64,000 nt of DNA from a bacterium (lineage in GTDB: Bacteria > Desulfobacterota > DSWW01): NCBI GenBank assembly GCA_040756235.1, contig JBFLZG010000122.1:31101-95100 (forward strand), written 5' to 3'. The translations under genes were made by a program, and so were the position numbers. Below the pieces are notes generated by a model. The model saw only the letters and a program-made list of their open reading frames with translations, was not told the DNA's origin and searched no databases. Below are positions 17,487-27,174 of the stretch, piece by piece (positions within the stretch are counted from its first letter, which is position 1; every line of letters begins with the position of its first letter).

Positions 17487-19896
17487 CTAGGCCTGCCCGT
17501 TCCCCACATCTAGGTACTGGACAAAATTCTCCACGCTGTGTATTCTCGCGGCATGGAACCTCAGAACCAAATCAAGCGGGCCTTGTGCAGCCCTGATGGG
17601 CTCGGGCAGGTCCGCCGGCTGCTTGGCGGGCGTGAGAGGCTGAACCGAACACAAGTGGCCGATCGGCTCTGTGAGCGATTCGGTTTCTTTGATCCCGGGG
17701 GGAGCAAGCAGCGCAGCGGATGCCTGAAGGCCCTGCGAGAGATGGAGCGGCAGGGGCAATTCACGCTGCCTGCGCCCCAATGGCAGCCTGGCCCGAAGAG
17801 TCCGAGGCGCCTTTCGAGACCGGTGCCCGCACCGCAGGACGTTCCCGAGGATGCCGGAAGGATCGGGCAATTGAGTCTGGTTCGGGTCGAAACCCAAGCA
17901 CAGATGCGGCTTTGGAACGAGATGATGATCCGGGAACATCCGCGAGGAGCCGGACCGCTGGTCGGACGCCAACTGCGTTACCTGGTGAGCTCCGAGCACG
18001 GCTGGCTCGGAGCGATCGGGTTCGGGGCGGCCGCTCTGCAGCTTCAAGCCCGAGACCGGTGGATCGGTTGGGACGCTCAGACCCGCAGGGCTCATCTCCA
18101 CCAAGTCGTATGCCTGAGCCGACTGCTGATCCGCACCGATGGGAAATGTCGGAATCTGGCCTCGCGCGTGCTCGGGATGTCTCTTCGAGCCCTTCCCGGA
18201 GACTTTCAGAGCCGGTACGGCTACCGCCCGCTGCTCGTGGAAAGCTTTGTGGACGGTCTTGCCGGCACTTGCTATCGGGCGGCCAACTGGGTATGGGTGG
18301 GTCGGACGCAGGGCCGGGGCCGTCAGGACCGGTTCACCCGCAGGGCAGAGACGATCAAAGACATTTACCTTTACGCCCTGGACAAGGATTTTCGTAGCCG
18401 CCTGGGGCTGCCGGAACCTCTGGGGATGCGGGTTTTGGGACCGGCCGACGGGGCCGATGCCGACGGCTGGGCGGAGCAGGAGTTTGGCGACGCTCCCTTG
18501 GGGGATAAGCGGCTCAGCCGCAGGCTGGTGGAGGTAGCCCGGCAGAAAGCAGAGAAACCCGACCACGCCTTTTGCAGCGTGGTGGGAGGAGAGTGGCCCA
18601 AAGTGAAGGCTTATTACCGCTTGATCGACCGGCCGGACGACTCGGCCGTGACGATGGCCAACATCCTGGCTCCGCACCGCGAACGGACGATGGAGCGGAT
18701 GCAGGGGCAAGAGGTGGTGCTTTGCATTCAAGACGGCACCGATCTGGATTACTCCAGCCTGGACCAATGTGAAGGGCTGGGGGTCATCGGCACGAATCAG
18801 ACGGGCGCCCAGAGCCGGGGGCTGCACCTTCACTCGACCCTGGCTGTAACCACCGAGGGGCTCCCCCTGGGAATCGTGCGTGCTCAGTGTACGGCTCCTG
18901 AACCCAAATCCGAGGATCGCAAGCCTTCCGGCGCGACAGCGAAGAAGACCTTCTGCTGGATCGAAGGTTTGCGCGACTCCATGGAGTTGGCCGGGAGAAT
19001 GCCGCACACCCGATTGGTTTGTGTCATGGATCGGGAAGCGGATTTCTTCGAGCTCTTCGATGCGCATCAGGGCAATCCCTGCGTGGACTTGCTGGTTCGA
19101 GCCAAACACGACCGCCGGACGCCGGCAGGCCTCAACCTATTCGATACGGTCTGGGAGAGCCCAGTTCAGAGCCGCCTGAGCATCCAGGTCCCGCGACAGA
19201 GCGCCAGAGCCAAGAAGAGCAAACAGAAGGCCAGGACCAAACGGCCCGCGCGAACCGCGGAGCTGGCCCTGCGCTATACGCAGGTGCAACTGTCGCCCAC
19301 GCCCTCCTGCAAACAAGCTCGGCCGATTACGGTCTGGGTCGTCCATGTGGTTGAAGAGAATCCCCCAGAAGAGGCCGGACCCGTCGAGTGGTATTTGATC
19401 ACCACCGTCGACCTCAAGTCGCCAGAGGATGCGATCCGGTGCGTGAGATGGTACTGCCTCCGCTGGCGCATCGAAGACTGGCATCGCGTCCTCAAATCCG
19501 GCTGCCGCATTGAAGAGATCGGCCACCACAGCGGGGACCGTCTCCAGAGGGCCATCGCAATCAATCTGGTCATCGCCTGGCGGGTTATGCTCATGACCCT
19601 GCTCGGCCGAGAGACCCCGGAGCTGCCCGCTGACGTCCTCTTCTCGGATTTGGAAGTCCAGGTCCTCCAAGCCTATGCGAAAAAAAGACGACTGAGCGTT
19701 CCCGCACTTCTCGGCGACGCGGTCCGGCTGGTGGCGAGGATCGGCGGCTACCTCGCCCGCGCTTCCGATCCGCCTCCCGGCCATCAACTCATGTGGCAAG
19801 GGTACACACAGTTGCACCTCATGTGCGAAGGGTTCGCGCTCAGAGATGACCGCGGATCTTCCCCATGAAGAACTTACGGGTAATGGGCAGGGCTAG
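17487..19896 (+). mobile_element. IS4-family (Tn5-like) insertion sequence
   Basis: Imperfect TIRs CTAGGCCTGCCCGTTCCCCACATCT and AACTTACGGGTAATGGGCAGGGCTAG flank the transposase; CTAG at both ends. Confidence 0.85.
17553..19868 (+). CDS. IS4/Tn5-like DDE transposase with an N-terminal DUF4338 (DruA-like) domain
   Basis: WAEQEFG..LGDKRL.RRL, IQDGT, DREAD, Y..RWRIE.WHRVLKSGCRIE. N-terminal GRQLRYL..RDRWIGW..NLASRVL..GTCYRAANW. Confidence 0.88.
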   Translation: MEPQNQIKRALCSPDGLGQVRRLLGGRERLNRTQVADRLCERFGFFDPGGSKQRSGCLKALREMERQGQFTLPAPQWQPGPKSPRRLSRPVPAPQDVPEDAGRIGQLSLVRVETQAQMRLWNEMMIREHPRGAGPLVGRQLRYLVSSEHGWLGAIGFGAAALQLQARDRWIGWDAQTRRAHLHQVVCLSRLLIRTDGKCRNLASRVLGMSLRALPGDFQSRYGYRPLLVESFVDGLAGTCYRAANWVWVGRTQGRGRQDRFTRRAETIKDIYLYALDKDFRSRLGLPEPLGMRVLGPADGADADGWAEQEFGDAPLGDKRLSRRLVEVARQKAEKPDHAFCSVVGGEWPKVKAYYRLIDRPDDSAVTMANILAPHRERTMERMQGQEVVLCIQDGTDLDYSSLDQCEGLGVIGTNQTGAQSRGLHLHSTLAVTTEGLPLGIVRAQCTAPEPKSEDRKPSGATAKKTFCWIEGLRDSMELAGRMPHTRLVCVMDREADFFELFDAHQGNPCVDLLVRAKHDRRTPAGLNLFDTVWESPVQSRLSIQVPRQSARAKKSKQKARTKRPARTAELALRYTQVQLSPTPSCKQARPITVWVVHVVEENPPEEAGPVEWYLITTVDLKSPEDAIRCVRWYCLRWRIEDWHRVLKSGCRIEEIGHHSGDRLQRAIAINLVIAWRVMLMTLLGRETPELPADVLFSDLEVQVLQAYAKKRRLSVPALLGDAVRLVARIGGYLARASDPPPGHQLMWQGYTQLHLMCEGFALRDDRGSSP

Positions 19897-20299
19897 CGTC
19901 GCCATATACCTGGGTTCCCCCGCGATAGCCGCCGCCAGGACCTCGAGAATGACACTAACCGGCACCATTATGACGTCGGCTCAAGAGAAAGGCCCTTACG
20001 ATTACATCTTGGAGTACAATGGACAAGAACGGATTCTCCATATCACGGACGGTTACCTGCTTAACAGCGCTGGAGGAAACAGCGGAGTTACCTCCGGATG
20101 GGAGGTCCTTGAATGGATAGGCAGACATAAGATTTTTCTGCTCAGTGGACCACCCCATTCGATAGAAGCGCTCATGGGCCTCGAAGTCCCTCACGGGGAA
20201 GTTCGCATCAGGGCAACGATGTACGCATCCAGCGGTGCAATCTTCCTCGATTCGGTCGATACTGCCAGTGATGAGAACAGACGGAAAACCTCGAGATGA
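19897..20299 (+). pseudogene. Hypothetical exported protein, 5'-truncated by the IS
   Basis: The open frame starts inside the IS end and continues with a signal-peptide-like tail (VAIYLGSPAIAAA). Confidence 0.4.
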
Positions 20300-20393
20300 C
20301 CTCCTCAACTTAGCAAGAGGGAGAATCCCCACATCCCCCCAGATGGATCAAAACCCAGGAGTCGAACCGGGCCGGAGCGAATATCGTCACCGA

Positions 20394-20596
20394 CGAAGAG
20401 CTTCGCGGCTGGACCGGATGAAGGACCTGGCCTTGAAGAGCATCGCCTCGCACGTTTACCGCGGGATCCTGATCGGCCAGGCACAAGTCAGGGTGCAGCA
20501 GACGATCGACAATATCGACGCGCACGGCCGTTGCGTCGTCACGTTCGACGAGATCGAGAAGGGCTATCCAGCGCTTACAGTGGCTACCAGAGGGAC
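20394..20596 (+). pseudogene. Degenerate partial paralogue of the downstream AAA ATPase
   Basis: DRMKDLALKSIASHVYRGIL / QQTIDNIDAHGRCVVTFDEIEKG / SSAYSGYQ match about 22070-22390, with the Walker A segment deleted and frameshifts. Confidence 0.8.
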
Positions 20597-20789
20597 CCAT
20601 GCGAAGCCCGGCATCCAGGCGGATGCACTCTTCATTCAGACATCCGTTCTCCACGATATGGCGGACCCGTCTTGCGAATTCGGACGCAGCGCCCATGCGC
20701 CTGGGAAAAACAATCATGTCCCGAAGAATCGAGGCGGAAACCTTCGCAGGTAGTCCCGTAGCCATTTCCGTATAATTTCCAAGTGCACT

Positions 20790-21200
20790 CCTTGATCCCG
20801 AAGACCGCCACCAGCTTCGCAGTTTCCACCAGCTCCCGCACTCTGGCCAGAAAGAGATCTGCACTCAGCCCATGCATGGCCGTGTGACCGAATGTCAGAC
20901 GGTAGGTCAGGATCAGCACAACCACGACTTCTCCGTTCCTGGCGGCCCGGTCTCCGCACCCTTCGGTTGGTTGAACATGGGCGTGCTGTAGCTGCTCATG
21001 CCTTTTCCGGCGACACTACTCATAGTGAAGGTCCCGCCGGAGACGTCTTCCGGCTTGAGGGTGCCGAATCTTGCCTTTTCAGCCACCACCTTCACATTTT
21101 TGGACACCTGCAGGAGCGACTTCTGGTTCGCTACCTTTATAACCAGCACAATGAGACCTTTCTTCCCCACCGCGACGGCAACTCCGTTGATGTCCTGCCA
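20790..21200 (-). pseudogene. Remnant of a 2-oxoacid dehydrogenase E2 (acyltransferase) catalytic domain
   Basis: INGVAVAV..GLIV.VIK.ANQKSL, GGTFTMSS, TPMFNQP, then after a frameshift LTFGH..MHG...FL.RVRELVE (degenerate DHR..DG). Confidence 0.7.
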
Positions 21201-21369
21201 AACTGACTCAAGTCCGCCCCCGGTCGAACCTTTGTTTGGGCTTCCCACCTGGACCCTGCTCTTCCCTTGCCGTATCCCTGTGGGCGGCAAGGGAAGAGCG
21301 TTCCCTACCCTCCTTCCCGAGCTCACACCTGCCAGTCCAGCAATTCGCCACCCAAGCTCCGGAGGCGCC

Positions 21370-22869
21370 ATGAACGTCCCGAAGAGGATCAAGGTCCTGC
21401 ACTATCTCAACGCCGGCTACCCGGCCCTGTGGGTCAAGACGCAGGAGCCGGAACGGGCCGAAGCGAATATCCTCGCTGAGATCAGGCAGTGGGACGACCA
21501 CCGAAAAACCCGGACCGCGGTCTACCGATGGGACTGCCTGCGCGGGCTCGAGGGCGTTCACCCGGACAGGGAAGAACGGCAGATGATCCAGGACCCGGCA
21601 GAGCTCGTGACGCATCTGGCCGAAATGCCCGGGCCGGCGGTCGCATTCCTCGAGAACTTCCACCGGTTCATCGAGGGGGCTGAAACCGTCCAGGCCCTCC
21701 AGAACGCGAGACAGGCTCTCGCCGCAGACGGCGTGACCCTGATCGCGGTCTCGCCGATCGTGACCATCCCGACCGAGCTCTCGAAGCTCTTCAAGGTCGT
21801 TTCTTTCGAGCTTCCAACCCGGGAGGAACTGAAAGAGGTCTTCGTCGAGATCGCCGCGGCCGCAAATCTTGGGGAACAGGCACCTGAACTCTTGGACCAG
21901 CTTGCCGAGGCGGCTGTGGGCCTGACGCGCTTCGAGGCGGAGAACGCAGCCGCGCTCTGTTCCGTAGTCTCCTCCGGCAAGTTCTCCCCGGAGATCGTCG
22001 CGCACATGAAGGCGGACATGATCCGGCAGTCCTCCACCCTCGAGATCGGCGTCTTCGAGGAGACCTTCGAGGAGCTTCGCGGCGTTGACCGGATGAAGGA
22101 TTTTTCACTCAAGAGCATCGCCTCGCACATGTACCGCGGGATCCTGGTCCTGGGTCCCGCAGGGACCGGGAAGACCCACTTTGCCAAGGCCCTGGGGAAC
22201 GCCGTCAGGCTTCCCACGATCATCGCGGACGTGAACCGGGTCATGGCGGCCGGACAGGCCCTCGTGGGGCAGGCCGAGGCCAAGGCGCAGCAGACGGTCG
22301 ACATCATCGACGCCCAGGGGCGCTGTGTGGTCATGTTCGACGAAATCGAGAAGGGACTATCGAGCGCTTACAGCGGTTACCAGGGGGATGGGGGCGCGAA
22401 GGCCGGGGTGGGGTCGATACTTCTGCGCTGGATGTCGGACCGCCCCCAAGGGACCGCGTATGTCGTCGCCACCTGCAACGATCTCTCTCAGCTTCCGCCG
22501 GAGTGGATGCGCGCGGAGCGCTGGGACGCGATCTTCTTCGTCGATCTTCCAGACGAAGAGACCCGCAGCGCGATCCTCGGGATCTACAGCGCGAAATTTG
22601 AGGTTGACCCGGAGACGATTCCCGCCTCCCAGCTTACCGACTGGACCGGCGCCGAGATCAAGACCCTCTGCAGGGTGGCGAAGATGCTCGGGACGACTCT
22701 GGAAGAGGCCTCCCAGTTCGTGGTCCCCGTCTGCCGTACTGCCAGGGAGAAAATCCAGTCCCTTCGCGAGTGGGCCCAGGGCAGGGCGGTTCCGGCACAC
22801 AGAAGGGAGCAGGGCAGCGCGAGACTTCAAGAGAGCGCGTCCGTGAGAAGGATCGTCTGCGGGAACTGA
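21370..22869 (+). CDS. AAA+ ATPase (Ycf46-like)
   Basis: GGAGG RBS; Walker A GPAGTGKT, Walker B VVMFDEIEK, ATCN..LPPE..R.ERWD.IFFVDLP. Confidence 0.88.
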   Translation: MNVPKRIKVLHYLNAGYPALWVKTQEPERAEANILAEIRQWDDHRKTRTAVYRWDCLRGLEGVHPDREERQMIQDPAELVTHLAEMPGPAVAFLENFHRFIEGAETVQALQNARQALAADGVTLIAVSPIVTIPTELSKLFKVVSFELPTREELKEVFVEIAAAANLGEQAPELLDQLAEAAVGLTRFEAENAAALCSVVSSGKFSPEIVAHMKADMIRQSSTLEIGVFEETFEELRGVDRMKDFSLKSIASHMYRGILVLGPAGTGKTHFAKALGNAVRLPTIIADVNRVMAAGQALVGQAEAKAQQTVDIIDAQGRCVVMFDEIEKGLSSAYSGYQGDGGAKAGVGSILLRWMSDRPQGTAYVVATCNDLSQLPPEWMRAERWDAIFFVDLPDEETRSAILGIYSAKFEVDPETIPASQLTDWTGAEIKTLCRVAKMLGTTLEEASQFVVPVCRTAREKIQSLREWAQGRAVPAHRREQGSARLQESASVRRIVCGN

Positions 22870-22916
22870 CACCAGCAGACCGGCCCGACAGCCTCTGGGC
22901 AGAAGGAGACGAGACC

Positions 22917-23348
22917 ATGAGCCATGTGGCAATCATCGAGATCGAGATCACGGACCTGGCGGCACTCACGGCCGCATGCAAGCGCCTGGGGTTCTCCTTC
23001 CAAGAGAACCAGAAGACTTATGAGTGGTACGGCCGCTGGGAAGGGGACTATCCCCTGCCCGAAGGGTTCTCGCAAGAAGATCTGGGCAAATGCGACCACG
23101 CGATCCGCGTGCCCGGCGCCGGCTACGAGGTGGGGGTCGTGAAGGCGAGGAAGAAGTCCGGGTACCAGCTCCTCTGGGACTTCTGGAGCCAGGGGGGGCT
23201 CAGCGAAGAGCTCGGCCCGAAGGCCGAGAAGCTCGTCCAGGCCTACGGCGTGGAGAAGGCCAAACGGGAGGCCAGAAAACAGGGGTTCTCGGTCTACGAG
23301 ACGACCCGGGAAGACGGAACCGTGAGACTCACCCTTACCAGGAGATAA
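22917..23348 (+). CDS. DUF1257 (Ycf35-like) protein
   Basis: AAGGAG RBS; MSHV..I..EITDL.AL..AC..LG, YEVG, Y.L.WD, L.QAY..E.AK..A...G; follows a Ycf46-like ATPase. Confidence 0.75.
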   Translation: MSHVAIIEIEITDLAALTAACKRLGFSFQENQKTYEWYGRWEGDYPLPEGFSQEDLGKCDHAIRVPGAGYEVGVVKARKKSGYQLLWDFWSQGGLSEELGPKAEKLVQAYGVEKAKREARKQGFSVYETTREDGTVRLTLTRR

Positions 23349-23353
23349 CGCCG

Positions 23354-23548
23354 ATGAGCCAGACCATCCAGATCACGTTCAACCCGGACGGGACCACGGA
23401 AGTGAAGACGACCGGATTCCGGGGAAAATCGTGCATGAAGGCGACCGAGTTCCTGAAGAAGGCCCTGGGGAGCGTCACCAAGACCGGGAAGACCCCCGAG
23501 TACTTTCAGGGCGCGGCAGAACAAACCTCGAAGGCTCGCGGCGAGTGA
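23354..23548 (+). CDS. DUF2997-like small protein
   Basis: AGGAG RBS; IQITFNPDG.TEV.T.GF.G.SC..AT.FL.KALG...KTPEYF. Confidence 0.75.
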   Translation: MSQTIQITFNPDGTTEVKTTGFRGKSCMKATEFLKKALGSVTKTGKTPEYFQGAAEQTSKARGE

Positions 23549-23574
23549 CCAGAACCGTAAGCGGAGGCCTGCCC

Positions 23575-23736
23575 ATGGAAACCATCGAGATTGAGCTCAC
23601 TACCGACGCCGTCTGGGCGGAGTGGTGGACCCCCGAGATCGCCCCCGTGCTCTGCGCCCTCTGCGGCAAGTGCCCGGGCTGGGAAAGCACCGAAAAGCCC
23701 CTGGAGTGCGTGAACGGGAACCCGTGGTGCGGCTGA
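23575..23736 (+). CDS. Small Cys/Trp-rich hypothetical protein (53 aa)
   Basis: GGAGG RBS; CALCGKC...C....WCG; lies within the operon. Confidence 0.55.
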   Translation: METIEIELTTDAVWAEWWTPEIAPVLCALCGKCPGWESTEKPLECVNGNPWCG

Positions 23737-23838
23737 CGGATCCACACAAGTCCGCCGTTGCCCTCTGCCCCCTGCCGTCCGGAGGCAGAGGGCAACTCCC
23801 TCGAAGCGAACCTTCCCAACGCTGGAGGAAAGATTCCC

Positions 23839-24756
23839 ATGGAGAACGGAAGCATCTATCACGACGGCGTGGTCCTGATTCTCGAGACGAGCTGCTGGGG
23901 GGCAAGGAAAAAGCTCCCCCAGGACAGAATCAACGTCTCGGCGGACCCGAAGTTCGTCTCCGGCACCAAGCGCCTCGTCGACCACGAGAAGTATCTCAAG
24001 CCCATCCGCCGGAACCAGCAGCAGGCTTTCGAGCGGATCCGGGACCGGTGGGCCGTGCCCGGTTTTCCCTTGACCGGGGCAAGCTTCATCCCCAAGGCCA
24101 ATATCGAGACCGTGGATTCGATTCTCCAGGAGCACCTCCGCGCTCACGAGGAGCTGGTGCGTGAGTTCCTGCCCCTTTACCCCCGGATGAAGGAGGAGGC
24201 GCGGGCCCAGCTCGAGCCGGACGGTCTCTTCGACGAGGAGGAGTACCCCAAGGACGTGCTCTCCAGGTTCAGCTTCACCTGGAAGTACGTGATCCTCGAG
24301 GCCCCGGATGCGGGAGCGAACGTCATGACCGCGCCCATGCTCGAGCGGGAGAAGGAGAAGATCGGGCTCATGATCGAGGAGTTCAGAGCGAACGCCGTCG
24401 CGATCCTCAGGAAGGAGTTCGCGCGAACGGTGGCGGGTCTTGCCGAGTGTTTGAAGAGCGGCAACAAACGCCGGATCAGGCAGGAGTCTCTGGAGAGCTT
24501 GAACGAGTGGATAGAGCGCTTCGAGCGGGTAAACATCAACAACGACCGAGAGCTCGCCGGGATCGTGGAGACCATGCGCTCCCTCGTCGTGGGGACCGAC
24601 GCAAAGGAGCTCCGGAACAACGACCTCTTCCGGAGGACGATCTCGAACCAGATGGCCGAAATCTCGGTGACCCTCGCGAGTCTCGCCGAAGAAGTCCCCA
24701 AAAGACGTATCGTCCCCGTGAACCCCGACTGCATGAACGCCTCGCAGGCAGGATAG
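23839..24756 (+). CDS. Hypothetical protein (DUF3150-like, alpha-helical)
   Basis: GGAGG RBS; W.A.KKL, GTKRLVD, F...YP, YP...V.SRFSF.W pattern. Family assignment is tentative. Confidence 0.55.
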   Translation: MENGSIYHDGVVLILETSCWGARKKLPQDRINVSADPKFVSGTKRLVDHEKYLKPIRRNQQQAFERIRDRWAVPGFPLTGASFIPKANIETVDSILQEHLRAHEELVREFLPLYPRMKEEARAQLEPDGLFDEEEYPKDVLSRFSFTWKYVILEAPDAGANVMTAPMLEREKEKIGLMIEEFRANAVAILRKEFARTVAGLAECLKSGNKRRIRQESLESLNEWIERFERVNINNDRELAGIVETMRSLVVGTDAKELRNNDLFRRTISNQMAEISVTLASLAEEVPKRRIVPVNPDCMNASQAG

Positions 24757-24841
24757 CTGCTCCCGGTCCCCCTCCCCTGCCCTTTCCCTCATCCCTCCTT
24801 TCCCCACACACCAGATCTCCGCTTTCACAAGGAGACCAAAG

Positions 24842-25633
24842 ATGATCGACCACATCAGCCCCTCCATGCTCGGGACCTGGCTCCGCTGCGGGGAGCAGTT
24901 CCGGCGCCGGTACATCGAGGACGAACGGATCCCGCCGGGGGTCTCGGCCCGCCGGGGGAGTGCGGTCCACAAGGTGGCCGAGCTCAACTACACCCACAAG
25001 AAGCTCACAGGTGAAGATATGCCGCTCGCCGATCTCAAAGACGCCTGCCGGGACGAGTACGTGCGCCTCATCCGGGACGAAGGCGTGTACTTTCCTCCGC
25101 AGCTGCTTCCGGAGAAAGCCGGGCTCCTCAACCGCTCGCTCGACGAGGCCCTGAAGGCGACCGCACTCTTCAGGAGCGAGATCGCGCCCCGAGTCACGCC
25201 ACTGGAAACCGAGCTTCCGGTGGAAGAGGACCTGGGCTTCGGTCTTCCGGTCGTAGGGATCCTCGATCTCGTAGAGCCCGAAGGGCGCCTGAGCGATCTC
25301 AAAGTCATGGACAGAAAAGGCCAGGAGTGGGCCGACCGCGAGCTCCAGCCCACCTTCTACTGCGCGCTCTGGCACGCAAAGACCGGCCAGTGGCCGGCCG
25401 CCTTCCGCTTCGACCTCATCGTCCCCAACAAGACCCCTGTCCACGTGGAGCTCACGACCCAGCGGACTCCGAAAGACCTCGAGGTCCTCGCCCGCTACGT
25501 CCGCAATTTTCTCAAGGACCTAGAAGCAGGGGTCTTCAGGCCCGCGGACCCGGGGCACTGGGTCTGCCGGCCGCTCTACTGCGGGTACTACATGACCTGC
25601 CCGTACACCACGGGCGGAAACGGAAACGCCTAA
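24842..25633 (+). CDS. PD-(D/E)XK nuclease, RecB/Cas4-like
   Basis: SPS....W.RC, GSAVH, E, GILD, DLK, Q..FY and C-terminal C...C.Y...C (Fe-S ligand pattern). Confidence 0.85.
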   Translation: MIDHISPSMLGTWLRCGEQFRRRYIEDERIPPGVSARRGSAVHKVAELNYTHKKLTGEDMPLADLKDACRDEYVRLIRDEGVYFPPQLLPEKAGLLNRSLDEALKATALFRSEIAPRVTPLETELPVEEDLGFGLPVVGILDLVEPEGRLSDLKVMDRKGQEWADRELQPTFYCALWHAKTGQWPAAFRFDLIVPNKTPVHVELTTQRTPKDLEVLARYVRNFLKDLEAGVFRPADPGHWVCRPLYCGYYMTCPYTTGGNGNA

Positions 25634-25669
25634 GGAGCGAACCCTATGACCACAGGGAGGTGAAATAAC

Positions 25670-26707
25670 ATGGCAAGGAAGACTGTCAATGCACAGGAGC
25701 ACCCTCTCGCGCTGATCGATCCCGCGATCCTGGACCAGATCCGGGTCTTCTCCGGTCTCCCGGAGGAGAGGGCTCTCCCCGCCCCCGCGGCAGCGGTCCT
25801 GCCGGAAGCGTCCCACGAGGGGCTCCTTCGGACCCAGACCCGCTACACCACGGCGATCGCGGTCCAGAAGCCGCGCGCCATTTCGCGGGTCGTCTCCAAG
25901 GTGCTCGAAGAGGCCCGGCTTGCCGGCGAGAGCTTCTACTACTACTGGGAGGTGGAGGACCGGCAGAAGGGCCGCAAGGTCCCGGTCGAAGGCCCGTCGA
26001 TCGATCTCGCCATGAGCCTCGCCAGGAACTACGAGAACTGCGCGGTGGACGTGGATGTGACCGAGACCCCCACCCACTACAACTTCAAGGGGGTATTCAT
26101 CGATCTCCAGACCGGGTTCACCTACACCCGGCTCTTCCGGCAGAGAAAGAGCCAGAAGCTCTCCTCCCGGATGGACGGCGAGCGCCAGGAGGACATCGTC
26201 TTCCAGATCGGCCAGTCCAAGACCCAGAGAAACGCCATCACGCGCGCCATGCCGGGCTGGCTCGTGGAGAAGGCGATCGAGACCGCCAAGCAGGCCGTGC
26301 TTTCGGGGATCAGCCCGGAGACCATTCACCTGGCGCGCATCAAGGTCATCGAATTCTTCTCGAAGTACGGGGTCACCCAGGCCCAGATCGAGGCCGAACG
26401 CGGCCGACCCATCGACCGGTGGACCCCCAGAGACATCGTGGACCTGCGCGGCATGGCGACGGCCCTCAAGGAAGGAAGGGTTTCGGCGGCGGAAATCTTC
26501 CCGCCGGTGCAACCGGCCCCCGCGAGCGGCCCGCCCGAAAGTAATGACACGACCTCCGAGGGAGCTTCCAGCCCTACTTCCCCTTCGGGAGAAGAGGCTC
26601 TCCAGGAGCCCACCAAACCCTGCCCGAACTGGGAGGGGCAGCCCAAGCCGGTCGCTTACTGCAACACCATCTGCACCGACCGGGAAGGCTGCCCGGCATG
26701 GGATTGA
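25670..26707 (+). CDS. Hypothetical phage/plasmid-type protein with a C-terminal Cys cluster (possible recombination partner)
   Basis: GGAGGT RBS; EGPSI.LA..LA..Y.N, IGQSK..RNAI; C-terminal CPN...YCNTIC...GC; directly follows the nuclease. Confidence 0.65.
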   Translation: MARKTVNAQEHPLALIDPAILDQIRVFSGLPEERALPAPAAAVLPEASHEGLLRTQTRYTTAIAVQKPRAISRVVSKVLEEARLAGESFYYYWEVEDRQKGRKVPVEGPSIDLAMSLARNYENCAVDVDVTETPTHYNFKGVFIDLQTGFTYTRLFRQRKSQKLSSRMDGERQEDIVFQIGQSKTQRNAITRAMPGWLVEKAIETAKQAVLSGISPETIHLARIKVIEFFSKYGVTQAQIEAERGRPIDRWTPRDIVDLRGMATALKEGRVSAAEIFPPVQPAPASGPPESNDTTSEGASSPTSPSGEEALQEPTKPCPNWEGQPKPVAYCNTICTDREGCPAWD

Positions 26708-26949
26708 GGGGAGAGAGGGGGGCGAGCGCTACCGAGCGCGCCTCCCAGGCATTCCAACCCCCGCCGCCCCTTCACATCGCAGGGGAGCCAGTATCCTGTT
26801 CCACGGGGCTGCTTCGCCTGCGTCAGTCTCGAGGAATCCGCACCGACCCACCTTCTGCACAATTGCTCACTGGATGTATCATGATCCATGAAAAGGTGAG
26901 GTTGAATTCGCCGAGAGACGTACCTGGTTTGCCAGAAAGGGCAGTAGCA

Positions 26950-27165
26950 ATGTTCGACCGGATCACATTCGACCCGCAGATAATGGGAGGGCGAGCCTGC
27001 GTCCGCGGAATGCGCATCCCGGTTTCAGTCATCGTCGGTCAGATTGCCCACGGCGCCACTTTCGACGAGATTCTTGAAGGGTATCCGGACCTGGAGCGGG
27101 AGGACATTCAACAGGCGATTGAATACGCCGCATGGCTCACACAAGAAGAAGTCCATTCACTATAG
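26950..27165 (+). CDS. DUF433 antitoxin
   Basis: RITFDPQIMGGRACVRGMRIPV..I......G....EIL..YPDL..EDI..A..YA. Confidence 0.9.
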   Translation: MFDRITFDPQIMGGRACVRGMRIPVSVIVGQIAHGATFDEILEGYPDLEREDIQQAIEYAAWLTQEEVHSL

Positions 27166-27174
27166 GTAATGGCC

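Noticed and set aside
24842..25633. Cas4 as evidence of CRISPR-Cas
   Set aside because: There is no cas1, cas2 or array in the window, and solo Cas4-like nucleases are common on mobile elements.
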